DNA of 64,000 nt from Iphione sp. A-MEVVRFRX5 (taxonomy: Eukaryota), in contig OZ320321.1 in NCBI GenBank assembly GCA_976226885.1, positions 75,330,001 to 75,394,000 of the forward strand, in the 5' to 3' direction. The position numbers were made by a program, and so were the translations under genes. The notes under the pieces were generated by a model that saw only the letters and a list, made by a program, of their open reading frames with translations, searched no databases and had not been told where the DNA came from. Positions 23,051-33,225 of the stretch are shown here, piece after piece; the first letter of the stretch is position 1, and each line of letters begins with the position of its first letter.

Positions 23051-24360
23051 CCCAACCAGCACAGTAACATTCTAAAAACATTGTAAAAACATTCTAAAAA
23101 TTGTTGTGTAAACATTGTTAATTAAAGTTTGCATAACATTTTCCTAACCAGATTGAAAAAAACGTTTTCAGAATGTGTTCTAAAAACATTTTGAGAACTT
23201 TTTTGGAAAAATGTCACAGGGCAGTCTCTTCCATACACTGCTGGCACTCTTATCCACTGCTCCATTGAGCTCTCCTCCTCTGGCCCTCCTGTAGCCCTTA
23301 GAACTCCTTACACCTCGTCAGGTGTGTCACTGGCCTTACCCTTCCTCCTGTAGCCCTTACAACTCCTTACACCTCGTCAGGTGTGTCGCTGGCCTTACTC
23401 TTCCTCCTGTAGCGCTTAGAACTCCTTACACCTCGTCAGGTGTGTCGCTGACCTTACTCTTCCTCCTGTAGCGCTTAGAACTCCTTGCACCTCGTCAGGT
23501 GTGTAGCTGGCCTTACTCTTCCTCCTGTAGAACTTAGAACTCCTTACACCTTGTCAGGTGTGTCGCTGGCCTTACTCTTCCTCCTGTAGCCCTTAGAACT
23601 CCTTACACCTTGTCAGGTGTGTATCTGACCTTACTCTTCCTCCTGTAGCGCTTAGAAGTCCTTACACCTCGTCAGGTGTGTCCCTGGCCTTACCCTTCCT
23701 TCCTGTAGCACTTAGAACTCCTTACACCTCGTCAGGTGTGTCGCTGGCCTTACTCTTCCTCCTGTAGCCCTTAGAACTCCTTACACCTCGTCAGGTGTGT
23801 CGCTGGCCTTACTCTTCCTCCTGTAGCCCTTAGAACTCCTTACACCTCGTCAGGTGCGTCGCTGGCCTTACCCTTCCTCCTGTAGCCCTTAGAACTCCTT
23901 ACACCTCGTCAGGTGTGTCGCTGGCCTTACTCTTCCTCCTGTAGCCTTTAGAACTCTTCACACCTCTTCGGGTGGCATCCCGGACCTTGTGCATCCTGCT
24001 TTTGCTCCTAGGAATCCTCATTCCTTGTCAGGTGGTATCCCCAGCCTTGTGCATCCTTATGTCGCTTGTAGAAGTCCTAACATCTCGCCAAGTGGTATGC
24101 TCGGCCTTGTGCATCCTCCTGTGCCTCCTAGAAGTCCTCCCAGCTCGTCAGGTGTTATCCCAAGTCCTCCATATTCTTAGAACGTTGTAAAATGATCGCA
24201 AATGTTGTAACCAAATAAAAACCTTCTTAAAATCTTGTCAAATATTTGCAGACATTGTAACCAAATAAAAGCGTTCCCAAAACAGTGTAAATTAGTTGCA
24301 AATGTTTTAAAGAAATTAAAACTCTTTTAATACTCTTTTAAAAGCTGTGTACTGGCTGGG
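23051..24360. mobile_element. Non-autonomous DNA-transposon-like element with internal satellite array (copy 2)
   Basis: AT|CCCAACCAGCACAG ... CTGTGTACTGGCTGGG|AT gives imperfect TIRs and an apparent 2-bp AT TSD. Arms are homologous to copy 1. Confidence 0.75.
23275..24170. repeat. Tandem array of ~15 monomers, 59 bp period
   Basis: Unit TCCTCCTGTAGCCCTTAGAACTCCTTACACCTCGTCAGGTGTGTCGCTGGCCTTACTCT; homogeneous centre, diverged 60-bp units at the right edge. Confidence 0.95.
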
Positions 24361-27300
24361 ATCAGGGGGTGAGGTATCAAACCACTGTGGGTATTACGTT
24401 AGACGATAAAAGTTGATTATCTCATCGTCATTGGCTGTAGCAAACTTTCGAGTCTGCCTTGGTTGTTATTGTAGCCAGACTCTTTTTGGTGCAATTTTTT
24501 CAGGGTATATGATTTTATAATTTTTTTGAGTTATCTAGATTAAATGTAGCTGATTACGTAGCATCTAAATCCGCTGGGGATACAGCAATTAACCAGCTCA
24601 TGAAAATCATTTCTGTTTATTTAATTGCCCAGGATTTTATTAAAAGAACTGATTTGATTGACTTTTTTTAGGTCTCAGGCTCGAATTTTCTCTGTACAGA
24701 TGCATAAACCAGTTTTGTACAAATCAGGCTAAGTATCATTGGCAGATGCAATCCAATATCCCAAAGTAGTCTGGCTGTTTCACGTATGACAATTATTTCT
24801 GTGGGACTCTCCTCAGGGTGAGGGTAAACAGGGACCTTCTACCTATAGAATGTGCCCCTTTATCATTTTCTTGAAGGACCTTCCATCGGAGATGTTTGGA
24901 TGTTTGTCAATCCATTAGTAGGACGGGAGATTTGAAACCAGTTATGGGGATGGTGGCGCCATCTATTATATTATTTCATTTCATTTCATTGTATCTTTAA
25001 CCAGTTCTTGGAAAATCTTAGGAATCAGACTAAGTATTATAAACTGATGCAATTAACTATCCTGATGTGTATAAGCAGATAACATGCACAGCTAATGCTG
25101 TGTAGAGTTCGGGGGTTTCCTTGGGGTGAGGTGAAACATTCTATCCACAGAATGTGGGAAGGGTGTCCTGGGAACGTCAATAAAAAATGTTTGAATATTT
25201 GTCAGTTCAATGTGATGACGGGTGTTAGATTTGAACTCAGTTATGAGAAAGATAGTGCCATCTAGTATATTTACTCTTTGGCAATCAATTGCCTCTATTG
25301 TCTTAACTGCATGATATGTTTTACTGGAGAAGGGATCATTAGTTGTTATTATAGGGGTGTTCTCCTTTGAATAATTTAGTACCAGGCATCCGAGAGTAAT
25401 AGGAATCAGGCTGAGTATTAGGAGCTGATGCAATAGACTATCCCGGCAAAGACAAGTGCATAACATATACAGCTAAACCTGCAGGGGCGGGCAGTTTCCT
25501 TGGGGTATAGTTAAAAAGGGACCATTCTACCTATAGAATGTGGGAAGGGTATCCTTTTTCTGTTTTTTGAAGGACCTTAGGCTTTTTTGTCAATTAACTG
25601 TCAGGACAGGCGTTAGATTCGAACTTAGTTATAATTTATATTTAAAAGATAATAAAAAATTTAAATAAAGAAATAATCAAAAAGTTAGGAGGGGTCCACT
25701 TTTAAAGCAACTGCATGCATTTGATATGTTGACCATAGACTTGACCTGCATGTAGCCATTCTCTAAGCTGACCATGCCAACCAAGGCAAGGTCACTGCAT
25801 CTGCATCCGCTCATGGGACTTGAGCATGTGATGAATATGTATACTTAAGCATATATGATGAATATTTAAATTCACAGTTTATGTAGACTTTAATATCTGT
25901 TTATTTCATTTCTGGTGTGTGCGTCCAGAGTTGGTTATTCCGACCTAGTTTTAGTGTCACTCACACCTGGGAAAACGATTGAAACAGTGGTCGGAAGAGG
26001 CTCAGTGGGGCGGGGGGGGTTTCAAGGGCGACCTCTCTGATGTACCTCACACCTCTATTTGTCACATTCACTTTTTTGGTCTATTTGTATGTTACATGAG
26101 CGACACTCTTTCACTCGTTATCCTAGATTATCCCTGACTAGTTGTCTGTCCTGGCAGACGGTGCAAAACCTGCAGGTGGAGAAGCATCCACTTTGACCAG
26201 GATGCGTGCACCTTCTGGGGAGACGACATGAACCATACATATTGCCAGTAGACCTAGTAACATACAGGACTGTAGCTTGAGGCTTGGTGCTTTTTATGAA
26301 CATAGGATTGTGTCAATTGTTTGCTCATCTTATGTTCTAGAAAATAAGGCCACCTAACCAAACATTTTTCTTAATTTGCAACTTGGTGTGCCTTTATGGG
26401 GGGAAGACAGACTTTGCTCCTGATTCCCCCTTGCCTTTGGGGCATTACCTTAGGCCTTGCAGCTCTCCTTGAGATACTGGCACAGTAGACCAACTATCCC
26501 TTGTAGGACATCACTGACCATGTGATTAATATGCTAAATATACATGTTTGCTTACAATGTTTAATTAGGATTAATTAGTTGGAATAGCGACATCATATCA
26601 AGGGTTTGCCATGGGGAACCTTGAAACCACATTTAAATAGGCCTTGCTTTGCTTCCTCACCCATCGGATCTAGTATCCTGGCACCATGATCAGCAAATTT
26701 TGACTAGATTGTGCACAGCTGATCCCATGATATGATATAATCAAAGAAAGGTCCTTCTGCCATTGTAAGATAAGGTTCAACTAGCTTTTCACACCCTTGA
26801 AAGCAAGTAACAAGACATGCTACCTCAGCAACATATGCTTCAAATGCCTTCAAGCACATTTTAGATTTAAAGGTGATCTTCCTCGAAGATATCGATATTT
26901 CTCATTACAAATATACTACAATCATTACATATACATAAAATATTCATTGTCGCTGTATATAGACTTTTATATACTATTTTAAAAACATCCAGCTGCCTAG
27001 ACACACGGAATTGAGAAAAATTGAACAAATACTCTGTGGAGGAGGTTCTGCTTAATATATACTACCTATGTTAATAACCTGAAAATCCACCCAATATGTT
27101 CCTGTGCTCAAACTGCCAAATGTTATAACATCACCACTATAATCAAAATATAATATCATCATAATGATTCATCAATGTGTGATGTAGAATGTACTTTTAA
27201 TAAATGGAAACAGTCCAAATATTACGGGTTTTTTTTTCTAATTCTAACTTCCTGCAAGTAGGCATTCACAAAAGATTGGGGCAATCAGGAACTAGTATTG

Positions 27301-27850
27301 CACCACAGTCAAACACTATCACTATAAATTCCCCACAAAAAAAGTACAGATGGTGCCTGCATGGTATAAAACTGAGTTTGTAAAGAATCATCTGGTGTAG
27401 CCAGTTGTCATTCTGCTTCAGACATTCAGGCAATAAGCAACTCTTAAAAGTAGGGAAAGGTCTCATACAACTTCGTTTTGGACAAAAAATATAATCTTTG
27501 TTTAACAGAAATCCATTTTTGCCATTAGGGCAAGTGTATCAATACAAGGAATACAATAAATGAAAATATATCTTAACTAACAAACATGTTAACATACATA
27601 CCAGCATCGAAATAAGCATAGAAGAATCATTTGATATTTAAAAAAAATCAAAAAGTCTTTTATTACAAGATTTTGATAGAGAAAAATAACTTATTAAGTA
27701 ATTTTCTCAAAGTATGCAATGAAATCATGGAAACAGTCTTATTTTAGTTATATTAAATCCAGTGAATATGTTTGACTGATCAATATAGAGAAATCAGCAT
27801 TCTGTTAAAAAAATGTAAATATTGGATGCTTTGTACCCTCATTGTATTAT

Positions 27851-27984
27851 AAATAAGTGTGTTACATGCTAGCAGGTGGCGACGTATTTCATATTCAACT
27901 CACCAGAGGGCTACCATGCTGGCCTAGGCGCTGAGCGGGAACCTATTTTTAGGCCGTCAGTCTGCGGCTGTCCGGCAAGCTGAA
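27851..27984 (+). repeat. Split direct repeat A1
   Basis: 134-bp match to 32102-32235. Confidence 0.95.
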
Positions 27985-28073
27985 CGCTGACCGCAAGTTG
28001 ACCGCTCCCAAACGAATGCCTTACGCCGGTTAATCTTATAGTTCTAGTCCTCTAATTTACTTATCATTTCACC

Positions 28074-29018
28074 ATGGAGGAAAAGATTAACGAAATGGCA
28101 GGAGCATTCAAAAATATGGCAAAGGAGCTCAAGGCCGTAAGGGCACGAATCGACAAGATCGAGAAGTCCAAGGCACCGGTTAGTACATTGAGCATTCTCA
28201 CACGCTCTATGGCTCGTTCCTCAACGGTCACCGCCGGTCAAGCCGAGGGTGCTTCTGCACCAGATGACCCCTCGCACAACGAAGACAACACCGACACTGA
28301 AAACCAGGACGACCAAGACAACGGTGATGATCTTCTACCTTCCCCAGAACAGCTCAGGGGCCTTGCCGCAGCCTCAATGAAGGAACTCTTGACCACAGTA
28401 TACCCAGACAGTTTAGCTACGAAAGGTAGGAAGACCAGATATTCACCTGCCGTCTATGTATACGTTAAGGGCACTGAAAAACCTGAACTTTCGTCCCTCA
28501 GTATCTTCCAATACATCAACGGTGCCCTCTTAATGTTATTAGACGACAAAGCTCCCTCTAATATCGATAGGGAACAGCTGGTCCGGCATCTGATCCAACT
28601 CACATCAGAGGCCCACCACGTACCATGGGCCCCTCTGAGAGACTTGGTCGGGGAGGTCTGGGATGCATACAATTTCGGGCGTATAACACTCTCTGATCAC
28701 CAGATGATTCAACAATTCAAGTCACGTGCAATGGATGCATATAATGTATCCTCGATTTCGTCCACCAAGTCCAAAGACTTAGTATCAGTCTGTCCACAAT
28801 GGCTAGTTGGTAAATGTAAAGAGTCATCCCCACACGAGTTGACCAATGTACCAGTCGCACATACATGTCCAGTATGTCTTTATGTTCATTCCAAGTCCCT
28901 CGAACACAAGCTGGACCTGTGTCGCACAAAGAAGAAATTGTCCAAGCAGGACACCACCCCGTGGGCCAAGCCTCAAGACCAACAGTCCAAGCGCAGACAG
29001 AAGGACCAAGAGTGGTAG
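28074..29018 (+). CDS. gag: Gag-like ORF1 with C-terminal Cys/His fingers
   Basis: 314-aa ATG ORF; CPQWLVGKC..PH..HTCPVC..H....C; homologous to 9088-10038. Confidence 0.85.
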   Translation: MEEKINEMAGAFKNMAKELKAVRARIDKIEKSKAPVSTLSILTRSMARSSTVTAGQAEGASAPDDPSHNEDNTDTENQDDQDNGDDLLPSPEQLRGLAAASMKELLTTVYPDSLATKGRKTRYSPAVYVYVKGTEKPELSSLSIFQYINGALLMLLDDKAPSNIDREQLVRHLIQLTSEAHHVPWAPLRDLVGEVWDAYNFGRITLSDHQMIQQFKSRAMDAYNVSSISSTKSKDLVSVCPQWLVGKCKESSPHELTNVPVAHTCPVCLYVHSKSLEHKLDLCRTKKKLSKQDTTPWAKPQDQQSKRRQKDQEW

Positions 29019-30883
29019 ACCATCACACCGCCTACCACCATAACCTGGTTCATCTCGACCCTTCTCTCCTCGACCTCCACTCCGTCTACCAACCTATTCT
29101 GCAGAATGACATTCGACCTTCTTTGATTAATTTATGTTTTCTTAATGCAGTTCCCCCAGATATTGATACACCCACCCCCAGGAAGCTGGTCACATGGCCG
29201 GTCAGCACCGAACACCTGTATCCTCCATTTAAATATATTTACGATTCGGTAAGAGCGACTGGTCGCCCCAATTATCTCGAGGCAAGAATTCATGTACCTT
29301 CACAGTTGAATGTAGATGTATGGGCAAATATGTTACAGAATATTCCTAATTCCAATTGTATTTTGGATTATGTAAAATATGGTTTCCCATTAGGTTACAT
29401 GCATCACATGCTCCCCGCGTATGATCATTATACCCCTTATCCATTTGACACCCAATATCAATCCTCCCTTGACAAGTATGTAACTGTAGAGTCTAATTTC
29501 AATGCATTAATCGGACCCTTCTCATCTCCCCCTTTTTCTGAAATAACCTTTTCCCCTATTACATCCCGTCCCAAACACGGCACTGAAGATAGGAGAATTA
29601 TAGTCGACCTTGCCCACAGCCAAGTGAATTCATTCATACCAGAAAATTCATATTTCGGTACACCCGTCCGTATCAGTCTCCCTACAATAGATTCCCTTAT
29701 TCCGATTGTACAGAATGTTCCTGATCCTTATTTGTTTTCGTTGGATTTATCCTGCGCCTACAGGAATTTCGTATGTGATCCATTGGATTGGCCGCTGTTA
29801 GGCCTTAACCACAGACAAAATATATATATCGACAAGAGGCTCCCTTTTGGAACTAGGTTTAGTTCACTTATGCTACAAGTAATTTCTGAATGTATAGTCT
29901 ATTACATTTCAATCCCGTTTCCTACTCTCAAAGTGTTACCATATCTTGATGACTATTTGTTCGTATGTGATGACTTACCTCTTGCCCATGAAGCTTATGC
30001 ATATGCTATAAGTGTAGTTGAGTCTCTAGGACTTTCTATTGCGAAAAACAAGTGTTTTCCACCAACTAAGACATTAGTATGGCTTGGTGTCAGTATAGAT
30101 CTTAGACACCGTATATTGTCAATTCCCACAGAGAAGGTGCACCAAGTCCTACAAGAGATACGTACCATTTCCACTAAGAAGCATATATCCTTTACAAAGT
30201 TTAATTCAATCTTAGGATCTCTGAATCACCTTTCAAAATGTGTACAGCCTATCAGATTGTTCGTTGGCCGCATGTTGGCCTCCTATAGGGAACAACTTAG
30301 TGCATCCAATCCTCGCTATATTATTGAGCCATCAGTCTTGTTAGACATAAATTGGCTTCTGAGGTACTTACCCAGGTGTAACGGACGTTCTATTCTCAAG
30401 GGCAATCATGTTAATGTTACTGTGTTCACTGATGCCTGTCTCACCGGTCTTGGAGCGTATACTGAGAATCACTGGTACTCTATCCAAGTGCCCCAAGCAT
30501 GGAAAGACTACTCCATTTCAATATTGGAGGCTGCCAATGCAGCTTTAGCCTTAAGGTGCTTTTCACAAAATTTCCCTGCTAACTCCGTTATTAAATTATT
30601 TTGTGATAACCTAGCAGCAGTTTCAGTTTTTCAAACAGGAAGGGCCCAGAATCCTACCCTGATGACCGTAGCGAGGGGGTTATGGTTTCTCCAAGCAAAT
30701 AATGATTTCACTATTCTATATTCACATATTCCCGGCAAACACCTCGTATATGCCGACGCATTGTCGAGGTCCTTCTCGTCCCCTAAGCATCAGGCTATTG
30801 CCAGAAATTTCATATTAAGTCACCCTAATAAGGTTAGGATATTCCCCTCCCTTAATCAGGTGCATAAAGTTATGGCCTTTTGA
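28865..30883 (+). CDS. pol: Reverse transcriptase-RNase H (ORF2), overlapping ORF1
   Basis: RIIVDL, SLDLSCAY, LPFG, YLDD, WLG; RNase H TDA, E, DN, ADALSR. No methyltransferase domain seen. True start uncertain. Confidence 0.92.
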   Translation: MSSMSLCSFQVPRTQAGPVSHKEEIVQAGHHPVGQASRPTVQAQTEGPRVVDHHTAYHHNLVHLDPSLLDLHSVYQPILQNDIRPSLINLCFLNAVPPDIDTPTPRKLVTWPVSTEHLYPPFKYIYDSVRATGRPNYLEARIHVPSQLNVDVWANMLQNIPNSNCILDYVKYGFPLGYMHHMLPAYDHYTPYPFDTQYQSSLDKYVTVESNFNALIGPFSSPPFSEITFSPITSRPKHGTEDRRIIVDLAHSQVNSFIPENSYFGTPVRISLPTIDSLIPIVQNVPDPYLFSLDLSCAYRNFVCDPLDWPLLGLNHRQNIYIDKRLPFGTRFSSLMLQVISECIVYYISIPFPTLKVLPYLDDYLFVCDDLPLAHEAYAYAISVVESLGLSIAKNKCFPPTKTLVWLGVSIDLRHRILSIPTEKVHQVLQEIRTISTKKHISFTKFNSILGSLNHLSKCVQPIRLFVGRMLASYREQLSASNPRYIIEPSVLLDINWLLRYLPRCNGRSILKGNHVNVTVFTDACLTGLGAYTENHWYSIQVPQAWKDYSISILEAANAALALRCFSQNFPANSVIKLFCDNLAAVSVFQTGRAQNPTLMTVARGLWFLQANNDFTILYSHIPGKHLVYADALSRSFSSPKHQAIARNFILSHPNKVRIFPSLNQVHKVMAF

Positions 30884-30894
30884 TCTAATTCCAG

Positions 30895-31862
30895 ATCCAA
30901 GGTTGTCCACGCTCGCGGTTAAGGCTGCTAGTAGACAGAAACAGGCCATCACTGAGGCTTCACTCCAGTCCAGACATCGCATGGTTCAGACCTTCATGGG
31001 ATTTGCCATTTATTTCCACATGGACTTGGATAACATCACTAGGGATGACATCTTGGTCTTTATCGAATATTTGGCCATTAGCTTCAAGAGTCCCAAAGTT
31101 GTGTCCCAGCACATCTCTTCTCTTAGGCAGTTTATCCAGGCCATAGGCCACGACTCATCTTTGTTATATTCCTACCATGTAACTACCGCCCTGCGGGCTG
31201 TTGAGAAGACCTCCTCTCATTTGATCGATAGGAAGGATCCTATTATCCCTGAGCATTTGCAACTCATTGTATCCTTTCTTAATCATTTTGGCCCGGTAGG
31301 TGTCGTAATGAAGGCACTCTTTTTATTTTTATTTTTCTCCATGGTCAGGCAGTCGAACGTGCTCCCAAAGTCCCCTGTATCATTTGATCAGTCAAAGCAA
31401 CTGGTACGTTCTGATGTCAAGTTCTACTCGGATCATATCACTGTGTCACTTCGCTGGTCGAAGACTATTACCAAGAATCAGCCTCACCTTCTCACCATCC
31501 CAGCCATGCCTGATTCTATTCTCTGCCCTGTTGCCGCTCTTAGGCAGGCATTTAGGATTACTCCTACTCTGTATCCTAGTCAGCCAATTTTTGTGGACCC
31601 TTTATTGCAGAATCCCTTGTCTCTTCACAAGGTTAATTCGATCCTATCCCTGATTAATAGAAAACTCGGATTTCAGTCAGGAAGATATACCCTCCATAGT
31701 TTCCGCAGGGGCGGGGCCACTACCCTTCAGTATTTAGGTGCGGATACCACAGATATCATGGCACAAGGGACATGGAAAGCATTCCCCTCCTTCCTCAAAT
31801 ACACGTCCCAGGCTATCACCTCGGCCAAAGCTGCTCAGATGTTCACAAAAATGTCTGAATAG
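30895..31862 (+). CDS. Tyrosine recombinase (ORF3); lacks an ATG ahead of its conserved N-terminus
   Basis: Catalytic set VRQSN (R), WSKT (K), LHSFRRG (HxxR), GTW (W), LKY (Y). Start placed at the predicted splice acceptor. Confidence 0.9.
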
Positions 31863-31877
31863 GCTTAACACTTGGCT

Positions 31878-32235
31878 TGGCTTGTGTCCCCCACACTGAT
31901 CGCAGTGGTGTATACTGCTCATGCTGGGCACACATATCTTTGTATGTTTAAATGTTTCCACAGGCCAGCATATAAGCCTGCCCTGTTTTCAGTTGAAGAA
32001 TGTCTATCTCAATTATGCCAAGATGTTTTGTTAATAAATTTTGTTATGTTCCTTATATATAGTTCTACTCTTGTCTTTTGTTTGTGAGTTTTGAGTGGGA
32101 GAAATAAGTGTGTTACATGCTAGCAGGTGGCCACGTATTTCATATTCAACTCACCAGAGGGCTACCATGCTGGCCTAGGCGCTGAGCGGGAACCTATTTT
32201 TAGGCCGTCAGTCTGCGGCTGTCCGGCAAGCTGAA
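31878..32235 (+). repeat. Internal B1-A2 junction repeat
   Basis: B1 31878-32107 overlaps A2 32102-32235 by AAATAA. Confidence 0.93.
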
Positions 32236-32389
32236 GATTACCTCACCCGCCCGCCCAATTGTTCCTTGTACCATCCAGTGACTAGCATAATGTCGTGTTA
32301 GTACTTCTGAGTAATCGTTATTATTTGTGTTGTATAGCATGTTAATTGTATACATGTATTATTTGTATTCATAAGATCCTACATTATAA

Positions 32390-32619
32390 TGGCTTGTGTC
32401 CCCCACACTGATCACAGTGGTGTATACTGCTCATGCTGGGCACACATATCTTTGTATGTTTAAATGTTTCCACAGGCCAGCATATAAGCCTGCCCTGTTT
32501 TCAGTTGAAGAATGTCTATCTCAATTATGCCTAGATGTTTTGTTAATAAATTTTGTTATGTTCCTTATATATAGTTCTACTCTTGTCTTTTGTTTGTGAG
32601 TTTTGAGTGGGAGAAATAA
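32390..32619 (+). repeat. Split direct repeat B2 (right terminus)
   Basis: 230-bp match to 31878-32107. Confidence 0.95.
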
Positions 32620-32627
32620 AATCCTTA

Positions 32628-33060
32628 TTTTAGTTTATGAAGACTTTTCCGGTCTTGGGGAACTAGCACCAGTGGGGAATTGAACCCCAGACCTTTGGTA
32701 TGAGAGGCCAACACGTAACCATCTGAGCTAAAGGGGGAACTCCACTAGCCAAGGGCTAGAGGTTGACCTTATGGCCTCATTAACTTAACACTCTCCCTTA
32801 CTCAGTTGAATTGGCATGTAACACTCATGCCTGTACTATATATGCACTTCACTTGGCATTTTCCACATATTGGGATCATTTTGGTTCTCCACCAGTTTTA
32901 GTTTATGAAGACTTTTCCAGTCTTAGGGAGCTAGCACCAGTGGGGAATTGAACCCCAGACCTTTGGCATGAGAGGCCAATGCCTAACCATCTGAGCCAGA
33001 GGGGAAACCCCACTAGCCAAGGGCTAGAGGTTGACCTTATGGCCTCATTAACTTAACACT
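32628..33060 (-). repeat. Two 165-bp direct repeats (32628-32792, 32896-33060), each containing a tRNA-derived head and a hairpin
   Basis: Copy 1: A box TAGCTCAGATGG (32730-32719), B box GGTTCAATTCC (32686-32676), hairpin CTAGCC-AAG-GGCTAG (32745-32759). Acceptor stem does not pair. Confidence 0.8.
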
Positions 33061-33063
33061 TAC

Positions 33064-33225
33064 CAGGCATTTTCTTGTTGACTGATGCCTTATGGAGTGA
33101 ACAAATGGATTTTTCAGGATTTCGAATAAGGAATGTATGTATGTAGCCCTCGGGAATTAGCTCTGCATAGTTTTCCTTTTTCATGAAGTAGTAAGCCATA
33201 TCCTTTACAAAGATCTCAGCCTTAT
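33064..33225 (-). CDS. Host gene coding exon 3, sulfotransferase-like P-loop protein
   Basis: ttgcag|AT AAG...CCT G|gtaagt; (D)KAEIFVKDMAYYFMKKENYAELIPEGYIHTFLIRNPEKSICSLHKASVNKKMP; the KDMAY and HTFLIRNP motifs are typical of the family. Confidence 0.92.

Larger units (their letters stand above)
27851..32619 (+). mobile_element. Apparently intact Ngaro/PAT-type tyrosine-recombinase retrotransposon with split direct repeats (A1-ORFs-B1A2-spacer-B2)
   Basis: A1 27851-27984 = A2 32102-32235 (1 mismatch seen). B1 31878-32107 = B2 32390-32619 (2 mismatches seen). Three open ORFs. AAATAA core at both ends and at the B1/A2 junction. Confidence 0.95.

Noticed and set aside
26100-26760. Ancient PLE RT remnant (GFAMG-like snippet near 26605)
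   Set aside because: Single short motif with no supporting neighbours in frame.
32660-32740. Functional tRNA genes (also 14849-14925, 18350-18421, 32930-33010)
   Set aside because: A/B boxes and T-arms are present, but acceptor and anticodon stems do not pair; treated as tRNA-derived repeats.
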